A stretch of 63,004 bases of DNA, filler included, from Stramenopiles sp. TOSAG23-2 (taxonomy: Eukaryota), in NCBI GenBank assembly GCA_900128395.1. It is 9 parts of 9 records of this genome, joined end to end, with 100 filler letters (N's around TTAATTAATTAA, not from the genome) between each part and the next. Parts side by side here need not be neighbours in the genome. Positions count along the whole stretch, not along the records: positions 8,600 to 17,097 come from LT650201.1; positions 17,198 to 25,691 come from LT650202.1; 7 more parts are not named here. One strand, written 5' to 3'. This document shows, in pieces, positions 11,541-22,382 of the stretch (position 1 is the first letter of the stretch; each line of letters begins with the position of its first letter). Under the pieces are notes generated by a model. The model had not been told where the DNA came from. It saw only the letters and a program-made list of their open reading frames with translations, and ran no database searches. The position numbers and the translations under genes are program-made.

Positions 11541-14396
11541 TTATTGCATTGGTGGCAATGGAATATCATGATGGTATTCATTATCACTACTAGTTACAAT
11601 ATAAATTTCTAATTGATGCAATCGGAAAGTATCGGAACCTGCTAATAACGATTTTGAATCCACATGTGATAAACCTATACCATACGCATGTTCTAAGGAA
11701 CTTGTACACATGGTCAAATCACTTTTTAACACTAAATCGCTTGCACCAAAAAATATAGTATCCTCACTACCAAATAATGAATCCCATCCTCGTTGTTGCA
11801 ATAATTCATTCAATGCTCCTTGCGCTTCCCAATCCTCTACAAGTACTTCCTCTTGATCATCACCTTCGTCTCCATATTGTTGCCTTTCTAATTCTTTTCT
11901 TTTTCTTATGATATCTTTATAAATTTCTACTGTTGGTGGATTTGTACGATTACGTCCACTATATGGAACTTTTAAATCTTTAGTTGTGGAAAATAAAAAG
12001 TTACGATTGCTTCCATGGTATGTATTATCATTTGGTGGTATGAAATGACTATATGCACCAAAGACATGAGAGCCACTTTTACCAATCAAAACAATTCCAT
12101 ATTCATCTCCATTATGCCTTGCATCATCCAATGCTTGATGAATTGCAGACACTGACAAATGATGATCTTTCGATGAGTATACTAAAGAGGAACAATCATT
12201 TACATTGTTGCTATCTCTCATTGGTATACAAAAATATAAATCTCGCGCTTGCTCACGATCTAATAATTCTGAATCTTTGAACATTAAACTTTCAAATCGT
12301 TCATCATCATCCAATAAACCAGGAAATTTACTATTAATCACACGTTTTCTACGTTTAGCTTCCACAGATATAGAATATGTACGTCTTAAACGATCTAATT
12401 TACCACCGGATTTGTTGCCACTACTCCGTTTTGTAGGTGTTGGTATATTTTGTTTAGGTGTTACTGGTAATTCATTTTTCGTTTCTTTCGGAGTATTGTC
12501 TGTGCCAAAGTAGTTATTGTTACTATTGTTACTATTGTTATTATTATAAGTATTTTGTGGTTGGTTTTGGACAATAGTATTTCCACTTTGTCCACGTAAA
12601 GTTGACATCCATACGTTGTCCATACCAGCATTTTGATCGGTATTATCGGAAGCACTTGTCGTATTTCCATATGCATCAATTACATCACCTCTATTTCGTA
12701 AATAGGATCTTGTATCTTGACTTGCTAATGAGGCACTGGACAAACCCATCCCGGCAATCGTCGGAGAAGGAGCGCTTGAAACTCCTTGGCCACCATATGG
12801 TTTGGTACCATCTTGCATCGCACGTCGCATGGATGAAACTAAATTATTCGCAGAATTACTTTCCTTATTAGCATTGGATATATTACTCATCAGGCCAGTT
12901 CTCGCAATAGTTCCATTATTCCTATTGCCAGTTTGGACAGTTGCTTGAGCAGCACTGTTAAACACTGCTTTACGGAATTCAGAGCTTGCATCTAAACCTT
13001 TCATCGTGCCTTCAACGGCACGACTATTTTTACCTGCTCTAGTTGATGACAATTGACCTAGATCTGTGCGGTTTTCGACTACTATTTGCACACCACCAAC
13101 TACGTTTAGATCTGGCTGTACATCATTTAATACGGAAGAGCTCATGTCACGATACGAATACATACGTTTACGCAATCGTTGATGGTTCGACCAACTGTGT
13201 ATAAAATCCGGTGGAGCCATATCATTGCGATTACGCTCCAACCTTGCTTCTGCCCATTCAATATGCGCAAAACGACGTCGCAATTCCAATTCTTCCCCAA
13301 GCAACATGTTCAATTTACGTTGCGTTTCATCTTGCAATTGAAATAATGCTTCTTGTAGCATTTGATAAACGGTTTCTTCAACCAATGCAGAGTTTTTTTT
13401 CACTTGTGTTAACTTTTCATTTAATGCAGATAATTGTTCTTTGATTTGACCTTTCACTGCTTCCAATGTTGCATCACGGCGTTGTGACATAATCATTGCA
13501 TTGTTATACTCATCTGATGCTCTACTCAATTCATTTTGCAACGCGGCAACACCGGATAATTTCATTCTTACGCCATCTTGACCCCAATGCAATTTCCTAT
13601 CAAGCAATTCCAAGATATCATCCATAACATCTGTGCTTTGATTATGATGCGCTGCTTTTGCACGACCTTGCCTAGCTCGATCTTCATCCGTTAACGTAGC
13701 AACAGTGAAATGTACGACATATTGTGGCCAAATTTGGGTTGAACGCATCAATATATACTCATGCGAGTAGCTATCAAACATACGATCTTCTTCTAACGTT
13801 TGACTGTCAAACAGGTACAAACTATCGTAGCCAGGAGGTACAATATTTTTTTCATTTGGATCATCTTTTGGATAAGCACGTCCTGTAAACATTTGCCCAA
13901 ATATGAAACGGTGTAAACCAGATTCTACACCTTCTTGTGTTGGTGGTGCAATACGAATCCCCCCCGTAGAAAATAACATACCTTGATCATTATTATCTGG
14001 GAAGGTAAATCCACGCATGAAGATATTTTCTTCGGAATTGCTAGAATCTAAACCATCGACATCAACCCATGTATCTAAAGGCACTACACCAGGTGTTCTT
14101 TGCGTTTCACGTTCAAATTTTTCTACAATATTTGGTTGAGAAATATCCCATACTTGTACATGTGTTACTTTTACACTATGGTTTGCTAAGCCAAGTTCCA
14201 ACTGGTATAATACTTGAGCATATTCTTTAGAATCTCTTGGTAATGGAATTGGTTGCTGGCCGTTAGAGTTATTGTTATTCCTTTGTTGTTGTTGCTGTTG
14301 TTGTTGTTGTTGTTGTTGCTGTTGTTGTTGCTGTTGTTGCTGATTTCGAGCTAGATAATTCGTACCACCAATGCGTGAAGATGCAGCTAAATTCAT
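11541..14396 (-). CDS. PolyQ + PARP-like fold + coiled coil + C-terminal TLDc-domain protein
   Basis: TLDc motifs LVYSSKDH, HVFGAYS, YHGSNRNFLFS, IFFGASDL, LLAGSDTFRLHQLEIY; N-terminal region with PPGYDSL..HEYI..QIWPQYVVHF. Confidence 0.8.
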   Translation of the reverse strand: MNLAASSRIGGTNYLARNQQQQQQQQQQQQQQQQQQQQRNNNNSNGQQPIPLPRDSKEYAQVLYQLELGLANHSVKVTHVQVWDISQPNIVEKFERETQRTPGVVPLDTWVDVDGLDSSNSEENIFMRGFTFPDNNDQGMLFSTGGIRIAPPTQEGVESGLHRFIFGQMFTGRAYPKDDPNEKNIVPPGYDSLYLFDSQTLEEDRMFDSYSHEYILMRSTQIWPQYVVHFTVATLTDEDRARQGRAKAAHHNQSTDVMDDILELLDRKLHWGQDGVRMKLSGVAALQNELSRASDEYNNAMIMSQRRDATLEAVKGQIKEQLSALNEKLTQVKKNSALVEETVYQMLQEALFQLQDETQRKLNMLLGEELELRRRFAHIEWAEARLERNRNDMAPPDFIHSWSNHQRLRKRMYSYRDMSSSVLNDVQPDLNVVGGVQIVVENRTDLGQLSSTRAGKNSRAVEGTMKGLDASSEFRKAVFNSAAQATVQTGNRNNGTIARTGLMSNISNANKESNSANNLVSSMRRAMQDGTKPYGGQGVSSAPSPTIAGMGLSSASLASQDTRSYLRNRGDVIDAYGNTTSASDNTDQNAGMDNVWMSTLRGQSGNTIVQNQPQNTYNNNNSNNSNNNYFGTDNTPKETKNELPVTPKQNIPTPTKRSSGNKSGGKLDRLRRTYSISVEAKRRKRVINSKFPGLLDDDERFESLMFKDSELLDREQARDLYFCIPMRDSNNVNDCSSLVYSSKDHHLSVSAIHQALDDARHNGDEYGIVLIGKSGSHVFGAYSHFIPPNDNTYHGSNRNFLFSTTKDLKVPYSGRNRTNPPTVEIYKDIIRKRKELERQQYGDEGDDQEEVLVEDWEAQGALNELLQQRGWDSLFGSEDTIFFGASDLVLKSDLTMCTSSLEHAYGIGLSHVDSKSLLAGSDTFRLHQLEIYIVTSSDNEYHHDIPLPPMQ
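14283..14342 (-). repeat. CAA/CAG trinucleotide repeat encoding polyglutamine (20 Q)
   Basis: (TTG/CTG)n on the + strand inside the ORF. Confidence 0.95.
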
Positions 14397-15234
14397 ATTA
14401 TGTATTATTGTATATATATATATTATATATATATATATTATTCAAAGTATCTATATAAAAATAATTAGTAATAGTACATAAGGGTTGAAGGAAAATATAT
14501 ATATATATATTATTTTTTTTCGAATAATGTATTATTATTATCTAATTTATATTTAATCAATATAAAATATGTTTAAGTTGATATATATATGTATGTATCA
14601 TCCGGATATGTACAGAGGCACAGGTAAGTAGTAGCTATATGTAATTGTACATTATTATTTTAGTACAGTACCAGGTAGTATTTTATCGGTGTATCAGTTT
14701 AATAGTATTTCAATATTAAAAAAAGTAAAATCCTAAGTAAGGTATATTATCATCCATGAACAAAACGTATAACAATTGTTTTTTTCATTGCACTATTATC
14801 AATTATATACATTATACTGCACTATTTTGTTGCATAGCATTTTCAATTCAATTTTAATTTGTGCAGTCTGGCAGTTCTTGGATGATTAAGATAATACAGT
14901 GGTGCAAACCAGGCAAACCTTAACCTGGCAAACACCACCACACCAGGCACAGCAAAAACCAGCAAAGAAAAAATAATAATAATAATAATAAATAATAATA
15001 AAATATCTTTTGTAATAATAATACTAAATCTAAACTAAAATGATAAGAATGAAAATACATATTCATTACATGATCTACATATCATCATTATCATCAACAA
15101 TTTATTATTCATCATATAGTTCATATCATACTTCAAATAAAAACATATATAGTAAGTGTTTTTATTTTTTTATTGTAGTAAATATAAAAATATAAAAGAG
15201 AATTCTTTTTCAAAACATCAACAATATATATATT

Positions 15235-17097
15235 ATGGCTACAATTGTGAATGAGAAAATAGTATCACAAAAACAATGTCCAACAGTAGGAACTATTAAA
15301 AACGTTGAAACTATTTACAAAAAATACGCAGAGTTGCCAACTATCACTTCAGGGACAATTGGTATTGAATCAGAAACACACAATGTAAAGATAAAAATTT
15401 ATCAAGCGCAAAAAGATTTAATTAATGATAAAGTTGAAAAGTATAGTACAGAATACCTTTTACAACGTAATACCATCATGGACCACAATAATAATAATAA
15501 TAAAAATAATAACAATAATAATTTCAAAAAAATAACATCAAGTACAATACCAAATCCATTAAATTGTATGTACGAGACTACATCCCCAGATGGAGAATAC
15601 GTCATCAAATTAATATGCATGCCAAACAAAGATGGAAAGAAAAAATATTTTTTTGATATTTATGGCATTAATAAACGATTACATCGTATATCGTTGGACA
15701 AACATCATGGCGATGTCATATTGAAAAATCCATTTCATAATGGATTTTCATGGGCAAAAACAGATAGGGGTTTTAAACAGAAATTAGTATATATAGCTGA
15801 AGGAAAAAAAGATGCCCCTACGTTAACATCACGTAAACCAAACATATTGTCATTTTTCAATGATATTGATGATGTAGATAACAATACAACAAATGAAACA
15901 AAATACTATACAAAAACATCTGAATATGAATTTGAAGATGATTATGGGGAACAATTAGAAAATATCAAATATCCACAACCATATGTATTAGCATTTGATA
16001 GAACTGGTTGGTATCAAATTGATACTATTGTAACAAATAAGAAAAATATTGCCTTTGGTACCCCAGTATTCACCTCAAATAATAAATCTATTGTTTGTAC
16101 TGGATGGGGCAATATACAATTAAGAAGACCTGGTATTATTTATTACAATACACGCCCATCGAAACTGTATCAAATATATTTACCATCGACAGACGATAAT
16201 ACGAAAAATGAAACAAAAATGAAATGTATAACTTTAAATATTGAAACAGATTATTCATGTTGCAATCCCGCATTTATTAACGATACTTTAGTTTACTTAA
16301 CAACTATTAAGACACAACGACACAATTCAGCTAGTCGTTTGAAATGTATGAAATATGATCCAGCAAATGATACGTTTCTTCGTATGTCAAATGACATATT
16401 GATTGATGTTCAACCATGTGTCATTCCAATTGCAATATCAATTGACGGGGAAACTGCAATTACAACATCGTCTGAAGAATGTGATAGTGATGAGGCAACA
16501 ACTGGAAGTTTTAACGGTATCTATGACCGTGGCACTTGGCCAACAAAACAATTATTTTTAAACGAAGATGTAATTGTATTTAGTTCCTCAAATCATTCTT
16601 GTATGGACATGTATTTCTATAATTTAAAGAGCAGATCGATGTACCAATTTGAAATATCTCATTTTCTACGCGCAGACAAGAACGAAGGATATACGTGTCG
16701 TGTTTTAGCAAGCAAAGATAATTTAATATTATGGACATTTGCAAAACGTAATATGATGGAACGCGTATTTTTAACCGATGTGTTATCATTGAAAACCACG
16801 ATAGTTGGAAAGATGTCATCCCCACACGCCAAGTCCAAATCAAAATCCAGTAGTACAATTACATTGCAAGCTACATCATTTGAAAATACTTTGTTGGATC
16901 AAATGATTCATTCTATTACTTCAAAAATAATTACCTTAGAAAAAGATGATATATTATATCAAGGCATATTGTCTTTCCCACCTCCAAAAGATGAACAATT
17001 GAATGAGGAAATTCATTTGCCATTGATTGTCATGCCCCATGGAGGTGAAGAAGATCAATTCGATGAAACTGTTGAATTGATGCCGAAAATAATAAAT
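15235..17097 (+). CDS. Acylamino-acid-releasing enzyme (APEH / S9 family)-like, beta-propeller region; 3'-truncated at contig end
   Basis: SPDG, 'HGDVI..F.GFSW', 'LVYIAE', 'FEDDYGEQL', 'GIIYYNTRPSKLY' and PLIVMPHGG at the start of the hydrolase domain; catalytic triad not in the window. Confidence 0.75.
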
Positions 17098-17354
17098 NNN
17101 NNNNNNNNNNNNNNNNNNNNNNNNNNNNNNNNNNNNNNNNNTTAATTAATTAANNNNNNNNNNNNNNNNNNNNNNNNNNNNNNNNNNNNNNNNNNNNAAT
17201 AATAGATAATAGTAAAATAGATAGATAGATAGAATAAAGAAAGATAAAACAAATCAAACATAGAGATAGAATATATATATATAGAGAGAAAAATAGAGGA
17301 AGCAATATATAATTATTAAATAAAAAGCGTAGGTTGGCATAAGAAAACAAAATA

Positions 17355-20300
17355 ATGAATTTTATTAATGAAAAGTATCCGAAAATATTTTCACCACCAT
17401 CAACGAAAAAAACATATATTTCATCTTCATATAATATTCATTCCAATAATAACGATAATAATAATAATAATAATAATAATGTTCCAACACCTTCACCATC
17501 ACGAAAGGTGCATATAAAGAGAAGCGGGAGTGTTGTTATTGATCAAGGAGGGCAACAAACAATTATACACAGCACGCCATCTTTTAACGAGTCTAACCGC
17601 CGTACCAATGATAATAATAACAATATGAACATGAATACAAATTATAGTAATAATACAGTAACCAATAAAATTCCAATACAAAGACCAACAATTACTGGTA
17701 TGAACGATACATCCCCATTGCTATCACCATCCGATCAAAAACAACAACAAAATAGGTATATAGAAGAGGAAATACCACGTATGACATTAGACCAACTAGG
17801 TGGAATTACAGTACCAATACCAGAGGAGCAACCTAAATATGATTCCATTATATCAAATTATAACACAATGTCTATGAAAGAAGAAACTGCAGCGCAAAAT
17901 TTTGAAAATTTAGAACAAACCTTTGAAACTCATGATGAGTTAAATACACAATTTTTAAAGTTAACAGATACGATATCTAAACATGTTGCATATATAGGAC
18001 ATCATAAAGAAGGTGTCCGACATTCCGCACTTGTAGGCTTGTTATCAGCATTAGATGGTAAATTTGAACGTATTGATTTAAGACCTATTATAACCAACTT
18101 AGTCGTACCAAGTTTATTAGTATTAATCGAGCAACAACCACCATTAATTAATGAAGTATTACCTGGTGTTGAACCTGGCCGTTGCCATGCAATGGCATTG
18201 AAAACATTTGGAGAATGTGGTGCTAATGCTGTTAGAGAAGGTGTACCGCGATTATTGGAGTTTTTGCGTCGTTTGGCACAAGCAAGACGATTATCGAAAG
18301 CACTATCTGGTACATGGAATTTTGTAAATCCGAAATGGGTAGTAAATGCTATTATATGTACTGGTCATGATGGTGTAACGTTATTAATTGATAGTTGTTT
18401 GGATGGCTTTGATGAAGTTGATTTATGGGCATTAAGTTCGCTTGCACAACATCCAATAGTTCAATCAAAAATAATTGTGCCACAATTAATAGAGGAATTG
18501 AATATTGCAGATGGTGTAAGGCGTGAAGCTGCTGTCTTAGCCATGAAATATTTTATGGATCGATCCTATGATGCAATTGAACCATTGTTAGAGTTATTAT
18601 ATACAGGTTCAACAAATCAAAGTTACATTTGCGATGCATTAAGAGCTATTGGTGATGATGGGGAAATGACGTTATGCGACGTAGCTATTAATGCATTTAG
18701 AGGCAGGGAGCGAAATGTAGCAGCTTCTGCGTTAGGTAGAGCACCATATGGTTTAAAAATCAACAATATAAATGGCGATGATGATGAACCGATATGTTAT
18801 CCAACTGTTCAAGTTAAAAGTAGTTTGGAGAGCGAATTAATTGTAGAAGTATTTGAAGATCAAGATGGAAATGTTACTAGAGTTAATGTAGTTGTCGATA
18901 GTCGTGAATTATTGACACGATTAAAGCAATCAATAGAAGCACAAATGCCATTATTTCGTTTTGAGAAGCCAAAGACGTTTTCAAAAACAAATCCATTTAT
19001 ATCGTCACCGTTCAAAAGAAAGAATTACCCTAATCCTGCTGAAGAAGGCAGTAGTAGTACTGAAATAAATAATAACAACAAGTCATCGTCGTCCTTTGTA
19101 CTTTCGAAAAATGCAACAAAAGCATTATCCATGTTATTAAATGATAAAACAGCAAAAGTAAAAAGTACAGCTGCACAATCATTGCGTTACTCTCCAATAG
19201 AATATGCATTAGATTCAGGTGTAATTGAGCAACTTTTCAAAAAATTAAACGATGCGGATGGAGAAGTGCGAGAAAATACAGTTGTGACACTTGGTAAATT
19301 AGGTCCTGATACATTGAGAATCGCTACGTATAATAATACTGCATCGTCTTTAAAAACGCCAATGAAAAGTAATAGATCTACGAAAACAATTAATTCAGTC
19401 ATAAATGAATCACCATGGTTTCATAAAAGTAAAGAAGAACGTAAACAAAATGAGTTGAAAAATGAAAATTTATTTGGGAAAAGCAATATATGTGTGAAGA
19501 AAGTAATAAAAATTTTATTAAAAGATCAATTGCATAAAGCAAGATCAGCAGCTGCTTGGACATTAGGACAATGGGGCGTTCATGCACGAAGTGCTATCCC
19601 AGCATTAATACAAACATTAGCTGAAGGAAAAGTTGATCGTAAACGTGTAGCATATTCAATTGCATATACAGGTGATGAAGGTATTGGTGTATTGTGCGAA
19701 TTGATTGAAGGTATTTATCTACATCGTAATATTGATTATGGACAAGATCACTCAACATCAAGTTTAAATAAAGTAACGAAACAAAGGTTAAAGCAACGTA
19801 TCCAACGTGGTGGCGTACAGGTAAAAGTAAATGCAATTTATGGGTTGGAAAAAATAAATGAAGATACATCAAAACATTTAGGTAGAGTAATTACTACGTT
19901 ATATCGTGCCACCAGTTATCCAACTCCAGCAATACGTGCAGCATCTGTGAAAATGCTCGGTAAATTTTACTTAAGAACTGTCACTGGTAATAACGATAGT
20001 TCAAACATAACACCATATTTAGTTCGTTTGCCAGATCATATTAATAGTTTATTATCGGATAAAGATATTAATGTACGGAAGCAGACTGCTAGTGTATTGG
20101 CAACGTTGAAGCCAAAGGGTGAATTTTTCTTAGTAGAAGCATGTTTAAATGCGAGTAGTGCTATTGTACGAGCAGCTGCTGCATGGGGTTTACGTAAAGT
20201 AGGACCATCATGCATACGAACATTATTTGTTGCTTTAAAGGATTCCAATAAAAAAGTACAACAAGTAGTTCGACAAACTATTCGTAGTTTTGAAATTTAT

Positions 20301-20441
20301 GATATTGTTGAAAGTGTCAATGAACGGGATCCAACGTTGAAAGATAGTTACAAAGCAAATATTATGGAGATATTAGATGATGTTAACGAGGAAGATAATG
20401 GTTTGAAAGCACATTTATTGAACGTAGTGCAGAGGTTGTGA
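17355..20441 (+). CDS. HEAT-repeat (PBS-lyase-like HEAT) protein with disordered N-terminus
   Basis: Repeated motifs LNDADGEVRENTVVTLGKLG, LKDQLHKARSAAAWTLGQWG, LSDKDINVRKQTASVL, SAIVRAAAAWGLRKVG. Confidence 0.85.
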   Translation: MNFINEKYPKIFSPPSTKKTYISSSYNIHSNNNDNNNNNNNNVPTPSPSRKVHIKRSGSVVIDQGGQQTIIHSTPSFNESNRRTNDNNNNMNMNTNYSNNTVTNKIPIQRPTITGMNDTSPLLSPSDQKQQQNRYIEEEIPRMTLDQLGGITVPIPEEQPKYDSIISNYNTMSMKEETAAQNFENLEQTFETHDELNTQFLKLTDTISKHVAYIGHHKEGVRHSALVGLLSALDGKFERIDLRPIITNLVVPSLLVLIEQQPPLINEVLPGVEPGRCHAMALKTFGECGANAVREGVPRLLEFLRRLAQARRLSKALSGTWNFVNPKWVVNAIICTGHDGVTLLIDSCLDGFDEVDLWALSSLAQHPIVQSKIIVPQLIEELNIADGVRREAAVLAMKYFMDRSYDAIEPLLELLYTGSTNQSYICDALRAIGDDGEMTLCDVAINAFRGRERNVAASALGRAPYGLKINNINGDDDEPICYPTVQVKSSLESELIVEVFEDQDGNVTRVNVVVDSRELLTRLKQSIEAQMPLFRFEKPKTFSKTNPFISSPFKRKNYPNPAEEGSSSTEINNNNKSSSSFVLSKNATKALSMLLNDKTAKVKSTAAQSLRYSPIEYALDSGVIEQLFKKLNDADGEVRENTVVTLGKLGPDTLRIATYNNTASSLKTPMKSNRSTKTINSVINESPWFHKSKEERKQNELKNENLFGKSNICVKKVIKILLKDQLHKARSAAAWTLGQWGVHARSAIPALIQTLAEGKVDRKRVAYSIAYTGDEGIGVLCELIEGIYLHRNIDYGQDHSTSSLNKVTKQRLKQRIQRGGVQVKVNAIYGLEKINEDTSKHLGRVITTLYRATSYPTPAIRAASVKMLGKFYLRTVTGNNDSSNITPYLVRLPDHINSLLSDKDINVRKQTASVLATLKPKGEFFLVEACLNASSAIVRAAAAWGLRKVGPSCIRTLFVALKDSNKKVQQVVRQTIRSFEIYDIVESVNERDPTLKDSYKANIMEILDDVNEEDNGLKAHLLNVVQRL

Positions 20442-20850
20442 AGTTGTTAAGAAGAGGAGAGAAGGTGATGTGAAGGGTAGTATTAATAGTCTAGTTAATA
20501 TAAAGTTTTGGTTTTCTATAATGACTTTTTTTATCCCTTCAATCATCAAGGCCGATGAGTCGAGATTCTCCCTTCAACTATATTTATACTTGTTAAAATA
20601 CGAATCCGGATGATGAAAAATAGAAAATCCGGGGATTTTAAAAAAAAAAATTAAATTATGACATGACACACAACACTAACACCTGGGAACACTGGAACAC
20701 TGGAACACTGGAACACCCGCACACCCAGAACACACAATGATCAAATTTAAAAGATAAAAATACAACAAAAATTAATTTGAATAATCGTTTATCAATTTCT
20801 TCTTCTTCTTCCTTCAAAATACACCAGAATAAATGTAAACTACAGCCATC

Positions 20851-22032
20851 ATGAAATCAACCATATGTACAGGTGCAAATAGCTTGAATATTGCAAGTGT
20901 GAACAAGCCAATAAAAAAACCAAATCATCATTTAATTAAAGTATTATATTCAGGTCTGAATCCAACAGATTGGAAACATTTACATGAAGGCAATCATTAT
21001 TATACAATGACAAAGTCAAATGAGAATAAACCATTTCAACTGGGTTGCGAAGGCTATGGCATAATTATCGAACCAGATGATCCAAAGTCGCAGATTTATA
21101 AGAAAAATGCAAAAGTTTATTTTTTACTAGGCAAAGGATATGGACAGGCTAATCAAGGTTCATTGACTGAATTCATAAATGTATCTACACAACACGTTGC
21201 TATTGCACCAAGAAAAATATCTCCAGCTCAAATTGCTGTAACTCCTTTGACCTTACTTACTGCATACCAATCACTTCGTGATGGTGGTTACTATGAACCA
21301 AATTGCGGATTAGGTAAATCTATTTTAATTCATGCAGGTGCTGGTGGTGTTGGGCATATGGCAATACAATTATGTGCTAACGTCTATAAATTTGATCGAA
21401 TTGTATGTACTTGTAGTCATGACAATATAGACTTTGTGAAATCAATTGGTGCAACTGATGTGGTAAATTATAAATTAGAAGATTTTGTTGAAAAATACAA
21501 TGGTAATAAATTTGATGTCGTTTTAGATACAGTGGGGGGTGAACCAACATTCTTTTATGGGATCTTTGCATCAAAATCAAAATTAGCAAATTATCTATAT
21601 AGAAGTAAACTTGTAACTAAAAAAGATGGGAAAACCATTGGCCTTTTAACAGGCGCTACATTGTACGGTGCACCTCTTGGAATGTTTGGTAGCATGGCAT
21701 TTAGTTTTCTTCCTGGATTATTATATTATAAATTAATTGGCAATATACTATGTAATTGTAATGAACCTGAATATGTTGGTCCATATTTCATACCAACACC
21801 ATCAAACATGGCAACATATGGCAGCGACTTGACTATACTTGCAAAGTATATCGACGAAGGATTGATTGTACCTTGTGTATATAAAGAATATAAATTACAT
21901 GATGTACAAAATGCATTAAATCATTTAAAAATAAATGGTGGACATATTGGAGGAATGACAAAAAATTCGAATTTAAAAAAAAAAAAAGAATCTTTTCGTG
22001 GTAAAATTGCTGTAAATTTGATGAATGAGTGA
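20851..22032 (+). CDS. MDR-superfamily NAD(P)H quinone oxidoreductase-like protein (RTN4IP1-like)
   Basis: GLNPTDWK, LGCEGYG, ILIHAGAGGVGHMAIQL, FDVVLDTVGG, terminal RGKIAV. Confidence 0.9.
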   Translation: MKSTICTGANSLNIASVNKPIKKPNHHLIKVLYSGLNPTDWKHLHEGNHYYTMTKSNENKPFQLGCEGYGIIIEPDDPKSQIYKKNAKVYFLLGKGYGQANQGSLTEFINVSTQHVAIAPRKISPAQIAVTPLTLLTAYQSLRDGGYYEPNCGLGKSILIHAGAGGVGHMAIQLCANVYKFDRIVCTCSHDNIDFVKSIGATDVVNYKLEDFVEKYNGNKFDVVLDTVGGEPTFFYGIFASKSKLANYLYRSKLVTKKDGKTIGLLTGATLYGAPLGMFGSMAFSFLPGLLYYKLIGNILCNCNEPEYVGPYFIPTPSNMATYGSDLTILAKYIDEGLIVPCVYKEYKLHDVQNALNHLKINGGHIGGMTKNSNLKKKKESFRGKIAVNLMNE

Positions 22033-22382
22033 GATTTATGAGGGTGTGTGTGTGGGAAGGGTATAATATGAAGGTTAAAAACCTGGAGAGTACATGTGGT
22101 TGTTTTGAAAAAATATATTTTTTATATATACGAGTACATTTTAAAAAATATTAGAGTGTATTAGTAAAATATTTAAAATGTACTCGCACATATGATAAAA
22201 TTATTCGTTTAAAAGATGTAATTTAACCCAATGTGTTTATATTTTGACGAAATGCACGGTACGACGTATTATTTTAATAATTCGGGGTAAATTTGTTAAG
22301 CTACATCAGTACATATATATTAAAAAATAGCTACAAATAGTTCCCTCTCTCTCTCTCTCTCTCTCTCTCTACATAATGTTTT

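Noticed and set aside
17041-17097. APEH-like protein lacking its catalytic domain
   Set aside because: The contig ends here; the residues after PHGG may be intronic or chimeric, so loss cannot be claimed.
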